Part shown: positions 44,501-57,515 of the stretch, in pieces | Layout of the letters: every line of letters begins with the position of its first letter | Position numbering within the stretch: the first letter of the stretch is position 1 | DNA from: Catajapyx aquilonaris | Lineage: Eukaryota | Assembly (NCBI GenBank): GCA_000934665.2 | Contig: JYFJ02001435.1 | Location: forward strand, 1 to 64,000 | Direction: 5' to 3' | Length of the DNA: 64,000 bases | Notes under the pieces: generated by a model | What the model was told of the DNA's origin: nothing | Database searches by the model: none | What the model saw: the letters and a program-made list of their open reading frames with translations, nothing else | Translations under genes and position numbers: made by a program

Positions 44501-46756
44501 GGTATAGAACCCATCGTGCGAGCCACTTGTTTAATAGAAAACCTGTGTTGCGGAGTGCAGTTTAAATTTCAACTGAGGGTCTATTACATGTCGCAGCTAA
44601 TAGCCAATGCAGTGACAATGGGGCCATTTACATAAACTGGACCGAGCGAGTACCGAGTAATTGGATCCGGTCTAGATCCGCTCCACTACTTTGTTGCTAG
44701 TCACAGCATTGCCAACCCAAAGACGAAAGCTGACCATCTCATTGGATGGCATTATGAATGCATTTAATGATATTTTCTGATTTTATTAGGCCTACTGTAT
44801 GTGGTGTAGACATGTTAACATTGTTTCTGCAAGATTGAGATTCGCTTTAGACAACATACACCGTCGTTTGGACATGATTGTGCTTCGCATAACATGGCGG
44901 CCACTTCCAGCACTTGCTGTAATGTCATTTGCTCAACATCGTTGGAAGTAAACGTACGTGTCATGAAAATCTTGGATTTTCGTCCATAGGTTTACGAGAC
45001 ATAACACAGTATTTAGGGTTCGGTTCTATAAGAATCACCTTGATTTATAGAGTTAATATTAAGACTAAGAACCTATGCAGAGATTCTGCCTAGCGACATT
45101 CACGTTGGGAATTCCTCATTATGAAATGTAGCCCTACCAACATAGATGACTTTTCCTCATGCGATTCCACACTCCTAATCGTTAATTCTGTTCCGACATG
45201 CACTGCCCTCCTCAGCATCCCCATTCTTTCGATTTGGAAATGAATGTGTCTCAGACTTCACTCAAAACTTTCAAGCGAAATGTCGCACTCAAGTCCTTAC
45301 TCATATCCACAATGCTTGAATAGTGCAATTATATAGCACGAGTGTTTTTATTGCATGAAAATCTGGCACGGTACATTATAAGTGTAAAAGCATATGACCA
45401 TTTTAAAGAACTTAGAGACCCATGTGTACATTTTTTTCTGAAAGAATGGGAAGTCCTCTATGTACTTCCTGAGATTGAATTCTACTCGTATTATGAGCAT
45501 TAAGTACAATACGTATAAATATTACAACTAAGAGTAATGGTACGTAACTCCTCCAAACCCTCTACCTTTCTCAGTGGGAGCACTGAGGTATATGAGACAA
45601 TATTGGTCACTCTCTGCCACAACTAATCATTCCACAAAACCTTTATCAACATAAAGGTTCTGTTGTCTGCCGTGATGAGTTATGGCCTGAGGACCAGTTA
45701 CGAGCTCATAGGCCGAAAGAAATCCCACACACTGATGTTATTCCTGCCCCATTTGAGCAACGGTGAAAACCATTCTTCGTGGTTGTCAACAGCATTCTCT
45801 ATCTATAAACACATTTTGCAGCCATCTCTTTGAACCGTGCCGAACCTTTTGGCAAGTTATTATCGCTTTCGTCCTGGGTGGGAGAGGCAAAGACGTACAC
45901 ACCTGGAGTTAACTCTTTAGGGTGTAACATGACAGAGGGTGCCCCGAGGAAGGGGTCGTCCAAGACAAATGGTGAGATGGAAGCAAAGAGGGCACCTGCA
46001 ACATTCACCTGGCCCCTTTCATGAGGCCTGTTGCAGTTTAAAAGTATAGCCAGGGGCGACGACGGCTAATGAGTAGCAACCCACTCTCGTATCTCTTTCA
46101 CTGGATCCCAATTTGCAATGCCTCTGGCCCCATGACCATCCAAAGTGTCGCTGATTTTATTGTCCGACTCAAAATTGGCCAGGAAAACTTCTTTTGCAGA
46201 AGATCCTTTTGTGATGAAGACAATTAAGCGAGACGGTTTCTATCAGTACCTAAACGCTGCATGAAAATATGCCTCCATTAGCTTTCAGAGTTAAGTACTG
46301 CAACTACTGTGACAGGCAAATATTGTGCCATAAATAATAATTACGCTTCTTTAAGAACAAGATTATAGCAAATTATGGCGATGGTTATGGCATATCATGC
46401 AGCACGTACAAACTACCGGTTTCGGTTAGACAAACCTGCACGATGGCTGCGACATTATTTTCATGAAAGAAAACCCTACGCCCAGTCATAAATATATATC
46501 TTTTTCGTGAATCTAAGTCGCATTATAATTTTGATATTTTTTGAACCAGCCATGTGATTTTCGGTAATTATTTTATTAACAAAAGGTTTAAATGAGGAAT
46601 CACTTTGTGGGAAGTACTGATATCGAGATATTTTTGGCGAAATAGGTGCGTATTGTACAAGTTTTATAATCCAAATGAAGGAAAATGGTGGGAAAATACT
46701 TTCAGTATATCTACACCAGTTATTTGACCACAAATAACCTACTAAGTTTGCGAAGT

Positions 46757-46850
46757 TACGATTCTCACAGTTATTTATTTATTTAGTTACCCCGTTTCAG
46801 GGCAGGGTCCTCTTGGGGGGACACAACTCTCATATACGATTCTCACAGTT
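46757..46850 (-). mobile_element. 5'-truncated non-LTR (LINE/SINE) insertion of 62 bp with 16-bp target-site duplication
   Basis: Exact direct repeat TACGATTCTCACAGTT at 46757-46772 and 46835-46850. The insert ends in a (TAAA)n tail on the minus strand. Confidence 0.75.
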
Positions 46851-49659
46851 TAATTAGTCAATCAGAAATTAATTAAATAGTTATGCCATATGGAAACTAA
46901 AGTACCGGTATTGAAAACTTAATTTTTGCCCCAACATGTCAGAGGTTGATCATCAAGTTTAGAGAGAAACGCCCTATCCTAAAATAGTCTGCATCCTATC
47001 AGCTTCCGTGTTTAACAGGTTGTTTCTCGTAAGGGGCTATTTCTCTGATCCTGTGACCACAAGACACTCGCCATGTACGGCTTGAAAACGTGCAGTGCTG
47101 AGGTATAATGATGAGCCCACTAAAATCATCAGAACTTGATCATATATTGCAAACTTCTGATTTCAGCCAAATTATTTTGCATTACAAAAGCTGCACCGCA
47201 TAATGATAGTGTATACTGATTGAACAAAAGAGAACCGTAAACCCTGCAAAGTTCTACAACTCACACTTCGCAGTATACGCTCCTCATGACCACTCTTTTC
47301 TCGCATGTTTTCTTCCATCAACAAATACGCCTAATAATTATTATCCAACCTCTCGGACCCCCCTTTAAATTCAACTTCAGACCCAGCAATTTAGCAATTG
47401 ATTCCCGCCTTTTTTCCTCCTAACCTCCTGGCCGTAAATGACAGGGCATGATGAATCGTTTCGTGACTCCTCTTCACTCATCCATTGAGGCAAAAACCGA
47501 AAAAAACTAGAGCATCACAAGACATGATAGTCTTCCAAGCGACAAAGAGATGAAAGGCAAGCGATGATCATTGTTGTCCCCATCTTGAATGGACGACCTG
47601 GATGGACGATCTGAATGGAGTGAATAGGCAAAGAATCCAGTTGGGCAGTGGCCGAGCAGGTAATTAACCAGGAATGCTAGGTGAAGGAGGCCCGCCGTCT
47701 GCTGGCATCTGGGGAGGCTCAAAAAGCTACCTTTTGGGCATCATCGCCGGCAGAGGCCAATGGACTAAAAGCCCTACCCTCCTTCAAAAAGCTGCTCCAC
47801 CTCGGCCCATTTCACTATTTTTTGTCGGTCTACATATCTGTTGAGTGGGCCGGTGACCAGGTCACAGCGTCACGGTCAGAACGCAGGCCGGCGTCGTCCA
47901 TGCATGGAATCGTGCATGCCTTCTGAGGGAGTGTGATGGGAGTCAGCTGATGGGAACAGATCCTTATATTTTGTAATCCCTTTCTTTCGTTCCTGGAGGA
48001 AGAGGAAGGAGAGATTATTTTTCAGGTCGAGCGATATGCTGGATTTTTGTTGGGATCATCTTGCCGTGAAAGTTCGTCACGCCCATCAGTATTGCAGGAG
48101 GAGCTCGTTACGGGATAGAGACTGTTTTGTTAGAGTGGTGTTTGCTTTTTGTTCAGTTGAAAGTGTGAGTTAAATTGGCGTGGATAATTACAAAGTGTGC
48201 AGAAGACACTGCAAAAGAGTGAGGCTGCTATCGGGATCCTATATATTTAAAAAAAAAATGGTACAGTGTTGGACATTAATCGCGTCATACTGCTTGCAAC
48301 GTTTATCTGATGCGACAGAAGTGCAAATCGAAGTGATAGAGTGTGAGCCGTGCGAGTAAGAAGAGGTAGGCCTTGTCCCCAGCCAGTGACATCACCCAAG
48401 AGCTACCATTTCTTACTCGCATGTCTCGAGCTCACATCAATTTGCACGTCTGCCGCGTCGGAAAATGTCGCTAGTGGTATGACGGAATTAATGTCCAACA
48501 CTGTACCACAGGAGGCTTTAAAAAAAAGTTTTGGTCAAGTTTATCCTGGCATTATGCAACCATCATTACTTGTCCAAGGTGAAAATTGGGGGGAAACTAT
48601 TGGAGTGTTGATGGTTGTTTGGTGCCAGGATATGTTTGAAACCTTCTTCGACAGGTGGGACTTCCATCGAGTTTAATGGAAACCCGTTTCGTAAAAAAAT
48701 TTGCGAAACATGAGGGATTCCGTTATAGGCAAGTTTCACTGTTCAACAATGCGGCTTTAGTATTCAAAAAGCATGGATTGAACCTGTCAAATGAACATTT
48801 TGCGATTTTGATATTATACCACAATCAGCGCAGGATTGAATAAAGTCAGGCAATTTTTAAAAACATTCTGTCTACTACATATTATGAAAAAATGGGTCAA
48901 AGTGCAAAACTGTCAACTTACAAGAATCAAAATAGGCTAATTACTCGCGAAGGCCTAGTTTCACGCTACTAGCTGCCAAGTGAACAAAGGATATTTTCAT
49001 TCTGATAATGTCAGATGGTCTTTTCGCGTTGCCGTTATGTTATTTTAGACGATTCGGATCATAAAACACTAGCGGAAGTTAACCAATTATCTTTTAAAAA
49101 ACACGGGAAATGTTGAAATTTTTTATCACTCTATTGTAAAGGAGATGAAGTCCCACGTCTTCCTTGTCATCAATGCAACGGTTAGCTTCAGTGATCATGA
49201 GATTCGTGCTCGGAAATGATGCCAAATGCAACATCACACACTATTATCCTCCACCCCAACAATGTTTAGCCAGCATGCAGCATAAAGCTGAGAGCTACTT
49301 AGTATTCGCAATTACACTTCGTCTGTAATGTATTCCCATTCACGCATATCCGTGTCCAAAGTAACTTCCATTGTCCCATACACTTGCACCCAACCCCAAC
49401 AAAAACCGCAGCTAAACTCGCCTGGAATGATCCAACGACCGGTTCTCTGGCAATAACTCAACGACCACAATGTCGTGACCTTCCCCTTCCTGTCGAGGCG
49501 ACATTAGCAATTCACAACATCCTGGGTCGCGAATGTATGACCGCGTACATGTCACTCCCTCACTGTGCGATATGACCAATTGTGCGCATAACGACGTGCG
49601 GTACTTACACCGGTGTTGTTACCCTTTCCATTATTTTCTGGAGGTTATTGCCTCTGAAC

Positions 49660-49711
49660 TACACTCTTAACCATTTACCCTCTCTAGAGAAGGTAAATGG
49701 TTAAGAGTGTA
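49660..49711. repeat. 52-bp near-perfect palindrome, possible minimal CACT-ended DNA transposon derivative
   Basis: TACACTCTTAACCATTTACCCTCTCT|AGAGAAGGTAAATGGTTAAGAGTGTA, one mismatch and no spacer. TA flanks the CACT...AGTG termini. Confidence 0.75.
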
Positions 49712-52700
49712 TCGAAATATGTGTGTGTAACTTATATCACAGGGAGTGTATAATGCAGGTAGAGTAGTATAGGAAACTGACTACATGGTCGGGTCGCAAT
49801 CAAATCACTGCTTGCCGCCTGGTCTGGAAAGAATACTAATGCCATCTGATAGGTGCAAAGGGCCCTCAAGGGATCACAACTTGTCACAGGTCCAGGTGAC
49901 AACGCCGACTAATTGCCACTTGGGCATGTTTACCGTAAAACGACCTACCGGCATTTGCTACTACAGGTACGGTGTGGTGATAGGCGCGACAGTATAACTG
50001 AACCCGACCTGTGTCTGGGATGAAAATATTTGGGCCAAGATTTGGGCTATTATCCCGTATGCCTGTGAGTCAGAGCTTTCTGTAAAAAAATGGCCAAGTT
50101 CTCCTGACTGCTTGGCCGTCAAAAGTGGTGAGATCTGAAATACGGCTATAATACGGCCTCAATATCCTACCAAAATGTGCAACCAGTTGCAAGGTAGCCA
50201 AATGCGTCAAAAACAAAACTAGCTCTTCCTATTTTAAAAAAAGTGCTGTGCCATACAGTTCCCACGCACAAAACAAAGCCTGCCAACCTAGGTAACGGCA
50301 AAAGAATTTGCAATAAAAAATCCCCCACGTGGTGTTTCATCAAGCAAAAAAGGTGCACAAAAAGTGATCCTTTACTCAAGTCCTGTTTACCTCCACATGT
50401 GTATATAAAAAAAATGGATGACTCGAAATTTGGAGTGATTGCAGAGGAAATTAATATCGTAATATAATTTTCATAGGTTGATTGCAGAATAATAAATTGG
50501 TTGCGTGGAACTGTGGCGCGCGCGGAGGCTTGATGTAATAATTGGGAGGCTGGGTCGGGAGGGAGGAAGATGTCTGAATGCTATTAAGCAATTGAAAACA
50601 TCTCCGCCAGAGGAGAAAAATGCAGCCTGCCCGGTCTGCGGCCCATCATGGGCAAGGCTCCTCGGGGCAGTTGGCCCAGACAGAGGTGAGAACCTCACAG
50701 GTATGCGGGGCCCTCAGCACGCCCATCTTCGGCTACTTTCGGCTGCCACTTTGATCGTCAACTCGACAAACTCGTGTCCACCGTGGTGTGTACACGTGGA
50801 GGTGTCCACCCCCACTGCCACTTGGGACTTCCTGGCTTCTGACATACCCATAAGCGAAACCGTTATATTTGGCCTAGTTATGTAGAGAACAATGTGCTGT
50901 TGGGTGGAATTAAAATGAGGCGTTTTAAAATTGGCGATTGTAATAAAACCAACAGAGCACAGTGTTATGAGCTACATTTTGCATATCTTGTGGGTTAGAA
51001 TGTGGAGCGCAATTTGTTATGGTTCTTGGATGTCAGAAATAATGCATGTAACAGATGCCTCAATCCACGAGGGGGAACATTACGTCAGACACTCACGGAA
51101 CAGACTTATGATGACATAAATCTGATGTCGGTACCATTATAATATTTCATAATAATGTTTTAACATACGTGACATAATCTAGCAGCAGCGACAGCCCTAC
51201 ATAATTACTGATGCAAGGTTTTCAAATAAGGTTGATTTTGAATATGTTTTGGAATCAAAAGCTACTTAAATGTTATATTGCATGCCTATTATGAAGTTTC
51301 GGACAGTGTAGGCCTTTCTTGCAAGTCAAGGTAGGGCTTCTGAGAGAAAATCCTTGACCTTAGCACCATATTTGGTATAATGACTTGGTGGCTTCGTGCA
51401 AAAACTTGACAGACGATACAGGTGTCCGGGGAAAACAGCCAACGCTAATGCAAAAGAATACTTGTATTTATGTACAGTACATAGATATCATCATACAATC
51501 ATCAGCACTTTACGAACGAAAAAACTTTCGGATGCTGATGGTTGCATAAATGTCTGGGGAAAACATATGACAGATTTACTCTATGCAAATGCAACAGGAA
51601 TTTGTGGAAATATTTAATAACTTTTTCCTACGTTGCAGTCTTGTAGGGAAGAATTCATTAGAAAAAAAATTCAACCTACAAAAAAATTCCATAAAAGCTA
51701 CTCGCATGATATGACGAGACACGCCTCAGTACTGTGCTTGAAAAGCATGCTGTTTCTCACCCCACTGCACTGCGCACCTGTGAGAAGCTTTTCACATGAG
51801 CATCCTACATTCTTCAGGAACACAACAATGCAACCTCACCATGCTACAAGCACCTCGATCAAGTTCTAGATGCCTCTCTGTCAAAAGTGATTAGCGTATT
51901 CCTCATCAAATCACTCCCAACATGAACGATAGAACCTGCACAAACTATGCACGTGTTGCCGAAACAAAAGGGAGGTAATTTCTCATGCACCACAAGAACG
52001 CGTATCCGGATGCGTATACGAGAGTGCTATGTAAAAAAAAAACCCCTTTTGTATACCACGGTGTGTAAGAAAAAAAAGTGGTCACCTGCTCCCGGTGGCA
52101 GGTCAGCTGGAATACAGCATCGGAGGGTACCGCTACAGGTTTCACACTCTCTCTCGGCATTCTTTCCCAGGCTCATAAGGTTCCCCCTAATTGCATGATC
52201 ACTGTACGCCTCGTCTATTACCCTACTTCCCATTTGCACAACCCAGCAGGTCCAAATTATTCCGCATTCTTTCAGTCTCACTCAAGACTGCTGCATGGGA
52301 TTAACTCCATGATGACAAATTGTCTTGATGCGATTTGATGTTTACAAAAGCCATCCTACTGAGCAACCGATAACGAAAGGAATTAAACTCACAAATTGCT
52401 TCCCGTCAAAACCACAATGAAAAAAAAAAATGAGAGTGTATTCAAGATTCATACCCTTGGGCCAAAGACCGTTCCGCCATGAACATTTGAATCCACTGTG
52501 TGATCGCTAGATAAACAAGCTTGGCAGGTGATAAGTCATTATTAGTTTCCTGGAACCGAACGACAAAACTTTTGCCGCAGCTATTAGCATCCTGATTAAT
52601 TACAATACAATTTGAAACGATTATCTGGCCACATCGGCAGTTCAATTTTGTTAATAACAGCAATTTCCGCTGCTGATTATTTAAAAGAGACTCATCAGAA

Positions 52701-55700
52701 AAATTTCAGGTAAAAAAAAAAGCAGGGCGTTAAATAGTGTTCAGATTATTTTTGCGGAGGTGGACAAGGCTGAAAACTAGTCCAAGAGTCAAAAAAGAGC
52801 GAACGTGACTTGTACAGCGTTTACTTTAATGGATGCGAACGGGTTTCCAGCAGCCCAAGAGTGGAGATGCACAACTGCGACAACCCCTGATTGAATTCAT
52901 TATCCACACGTTGGCTTCCGATTTAAGCGATAATTGTGCAAGGGAGCCACATAAACTCCAATAAGACATGCTGTAATTTAATTGCATTCCCCCAACCCTT
53001 CTTTACTGGAGACCTTCACTAAGTTAAGGTCTGACCTATGGAGTAAGTTATTAGCAATATCTGACAGTAAGCCTGGGATAGGTTTCTCCAGAACATTGAT
53101 TATCGTAACTGCTGCAAGATATAGCCAAGAAAGTCTAGTCAGAAGAGATGTCCTGCATTAGTTTATAGGAAGGTTAATTATAATCCTTATTTAATGGTTA
53201 AACAAATGCTGATTTGCATGGCACTAAGCTGATTGTTCACACATTAGAAGTTCGTGCTGTGTTGCAATTTAACCCGCTATAGTATGACTAAAGAGCGTTT
53301 CATTCTGTAAAAATCAACTATCATTCAAACACGAGTCCCCGGATTTAAAAACAAGTGACAAATCGAGGTCCTTAGCTCTGTGTCGAGAGGACCCGGGCCA
53401 CTGGTCCAAAATGCTGGCAGGAACCACATTCCTGGCAGGTAAATTCCACAGCGTATCTCCAGAATGTTCATGGAAATGGCCCAAGTGGGCTGCTGCTACA
53501 TAATGGGTCAGCAGGAACAGTTACGGGCGGTATTAACATGAAGGGCCGGGGGTCAAGCACGGGGCCTATACGGTAGGGGTGACCACCTCCACTATCAACC
53601 ACTCAAGAAAATTGTCCATTGTATCCTAATAATTCACCCATCATTCTGCACATACTGGTACTCGTACCAGCTATAAATTTTGAAAGTGCCCAATGAATGG
53701 TGTATGAAATTAACCCCTCGTTAAGCACGTTGTGACCCATCAAAGAATAAGGAAAACTAGAAGTGAAACGTTCCGGGTGTGCCAGACTAACCAGGGGTAA
53801 GGTTAAGTATGCCAACGTTTTCATATTTTCCACCTGACCCTCAGAAAACCTGACTCTTACGGGAATCTGACGTAATTTATGCCAAAATGGGGGGCACTGT
53901 TTTAAGAGGCTCTGCATGATGGAAGTGCCTTTTGGAAAGCGAAATAGTGTTATATCCTCCAGCCAAATTCAGGCTCGTAAATATTCGGAATATACAACAA
54001 TGGTTGTTCCAACGTGCTCGACACCGTAATCCAGTCATAAATAAGAAAACGCAGTAGGGTACCCGACCAAACCAATGTTGTCACTGTGGTGAGACCGTAA
54101 CTTTAATTCGTCGAGATGTCAGCCGTCATATGGCAAACGTGTTGATTAATGAGCTGACTACATTTTACACAAGGCATATAGGTCCGGTTGTGATGCTTTA
54201 GCACCTACATGCAACTATATAATTGGACGCATAATTTATCAGTGCAATCTATAATTGCATGTGGTTCGGCTATTAAAAATATTGTTTGTGGATTACCTGC
54301 CCAGCTGTTCATTGTGTTTTATGCTCAAGGTTACCTATTTGCATAGTGCATGATAAGCCTGGTTCACAGAGTAATAAAGTCCGGTCGTTTACCTGCAGAA
54401 GTGAACCAAAAAAAGATATTCATCGGCAATATATTTTCCAGTGTCATATTCTGTGAATTTGGACATTCCTGTACAGTTATTACACATCAGGGAAAATACA
54501 TGGAGGTTCATTAGAAATTATCTAAACATCATAAAATGCAATAAAATAATTATAAGGAGATAGTCATCATGCCCTCCCCACATACAACAAGAGAAAAGGA
54601 TGTAATTTTCTCTAAACATCTACTATCTAGCACCATCTTTAAATGGCAGGATTTTGACGGTTGTCCTGGATGCCAGTAACGATAAAGTTGATTTAAATTG
54701 AGCCAAATGAATGCCATAGTAAGCCAGATATGATGCTAATTATTGTCCGCAGTGTGTTGTCACACTAGAGCTTCACGATACGACCTCCAGGAGACTGGAA
54801 ATTATGACTCACAAAATGGGTAACCTGAATGCCTGAACGTATAAATTCCTATATATAATTTGTTCATATTAGTAAAAAAGACAACATTTTGCAACAGTGA
54901 AGGCCAAAAAAGGAGTATTTGCGGGCCTCTCTGAACCCGACACTACTAATGGCCTCTACCTAGGTGATACCCAGAAGATTTATCTCCTGCAGACACGCCA
55001 ACAGCATTACCCATCATTACGTGGCGTTGCCTCACGACTTTTATAAGATTTAGTAACAAAATAGCTCTCGTCCCGTTAAGGTGTCGGAAGATAACAAGAC
55101 GGCACTTAGAATGCCGCAAACTGTTTCTCCTCGGATAAAGTACAAAGCGACAGTTCCGATTCCAAGTGGCACATGATCAAGGAAGAAGGAAGAATTAGTC
55201 ACGTGCGTACAACATGCAAAATATGGCCGTGAAAATGGTCCCTCCTCCCTCCCTACCATTTGCCAGAAGGCAGCAGGTTCCAGCAGAAGAAGAAGAAGGG
55301 CCTCCTTGGCCTCTCCCACAAGAAGTCCCGTATGCTGATCCTTCTGCCGAGAGCCCCTTCCAGTGTCATGGCCTTGTCCCCTCCTGGCATGCCGGCCATG
55401 GGGTCACTTCTGCATGCAGACTTCATCATTTACGAGCCGAGGAAGAAGGAGAAACTTGTCATCCGACATTTTTAGCACTTGTAAAGCTGTACTCTTCCTC
55501 GTGGGAGGTACGGGTGCTCAACACGTGTTACGGTCTCTCCAGCACGGTGTCTATATTACAACCACATAGTTGTACAACTATCATCAATATAGGTGGAAAT
55601 TATAGAAAAACAGAAAAAAAGTGAAGTGATGATGGTTGAGCGCTAGGATAAATCTGGAATTAATTTTTTTACATGATCATAAATATAAGGAGTTTCCTAT

Positions 55701-57515
55701 AGTTCTCAGTTGGTACAGTACAAACATGAAAAGTAACTTTCAGTATAGTATTCACCAACCCATCCAAAGCACTAGCATTTCTCACGACTCTGAAAGTTAC
55801 GTTTGCCGTGACACTATGGACGTGAACCTGTAGACTTGGGACAGGTCTTACAACATGCTATTATGATAAACCAAAAGACTTGATATGCTCATGCACCTGT
55901 ACAATACTTTCTGTCTTATTGCACTCCGTGAACGGACAGCAAAACGACACAAAAATTCCCGACGTCACGTTTAAAAAAAAAGAAGGGAAAAACTGGTTTG
56001 TTCTTTACGACAAGAGTTTGAGACCGCTGCTTTGAAGCAAGTCCTATCCGTGACTTGACCGGCTATATTATATGGCTTTTCATTTCCTCATCCGGCATAT
56101 ACGGGGATATCGTATAGTCCTGATTTAACGAGCATGCTGCATTCCTCCCGCCTCTCAAACCCAATGCATAGTGCTATTATTTTGTCATCATCGCAACCTT
56201 TTGATGTGCGCGATATACGTATTGAGACAGACAGGGCAATAAAAGATTTTATTTGCCAATTCTTCGCATCGCCTGTCAATTAGTCACGCTGAAGAGGCAT
56301 TTGTGATCCCCGGGGAGCCTGAAATTCCAATCGATGCCTTTCGATGAATCGGTGATGAGTTGTGGGAAAAAGGACTTTGGGCACGTGAGGAGTCAATATC
56401 ATCAGTTGGTGTTGACTTAGGGAAAGGTAGACATGGTAATGCAATCACTGGTTGCTCTAATGGGGGACATATTTAATGGCCTCAAATACCTACCACAATA
56501 TTTAAATAAATAAATATTTTAAATAATGTAAGATATTCTCCCCATCGTCTGCAGTGCCTTCCAGACGCACCTTGGCAAGCCATAGAACAGGATAGGTGCG
56601 TGCATTAGCATAACTCTAAACCTCCACCCGATTTGCCTCTGGTTATGAAAACTTGGATGGATGCAAGGAAGGGAACAAGAACTACCAGAATAAGGGATAG
56701 TTTGCAGCCGTCTAACCTGCCCAAATGACTTCCTTTTTCTTCACTGCCTTGCGCATTCACCTGCCAGCTACCATTAGAGTGACCTGAACAGGTAGCGATG
56801 CTTTGCCTAACTCAGTGTGACAATACTGTACCACTTGTCACTTCTTTGATGCACCAACATGTCCTCTAGATGGGGGGTGTACAATACTGGTTGTACCCGA
56901 TGGAAATTTTTAGGGCATTGTTTCTGTAGGGAATGAGCACGGAATAACGTAACGTCTTGCATGATGCATTAGGAATTTGATTCACTGTTCATTCAGGAAG
57001 ATATTTATTATGCATTCCTCACTTGTAGCCACGAGTCCTGACCCTCTCAAAATTCCAAGCGTGATTCTATTCACAAGAGACTAGGAAGCTGTTTAATATA
57101 ACTGCAGTGCAAAGCGAATACTTATTCTCCATGTAAGGATATAGGTTTCATATTCCTTGTCAGTAATTGCGGGGAACACTGTCTCATACTGTTTGGGAGT
57201 AAAATACCGTTTGGCTCGTTAAAAATTATGCGCTCCTTAACTCCACATTTCCGCAATTGTCAACGTGTGTCAAAAATAAGCTGCTTGCAATTAGCAGCAT
57301 TTTAGTGGCAATCTGGCCTCATTATACCAAACTGCTTTTATAGACCACATGCCAACGGTTCATAGCCGCCAAAGGCAGCTGACCTCATAATATCGCTCTG
57401 TATCCTCTCGACATCAATGTATGGGTGTATCTTAAACCACCTATTCTGTTCCTTCTCAGGTTCGGCAAGAATGACGTCATTGGATCCATCATCAAAATCA
57501 TCTGTGATCTGCCAA

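Noticed and set aside
17356..54480. Shavenbaby/Ovo-type ACHGTTAK matches (17356, 25244, 46767, 50859, 54473) and scattered Grainy head or nuclear-receptor-like sites
   Set aside because: Biologically plausible for these genes, but such short degenerate motifs are expected many times by chance in 64 kb and I saw no clustering.
55214..55624. GC-rich ORFs of 136 and 71 aa upstream of miniature
   Set aside because: No family match and no convincing splice link, so a gene call cannot be supported.
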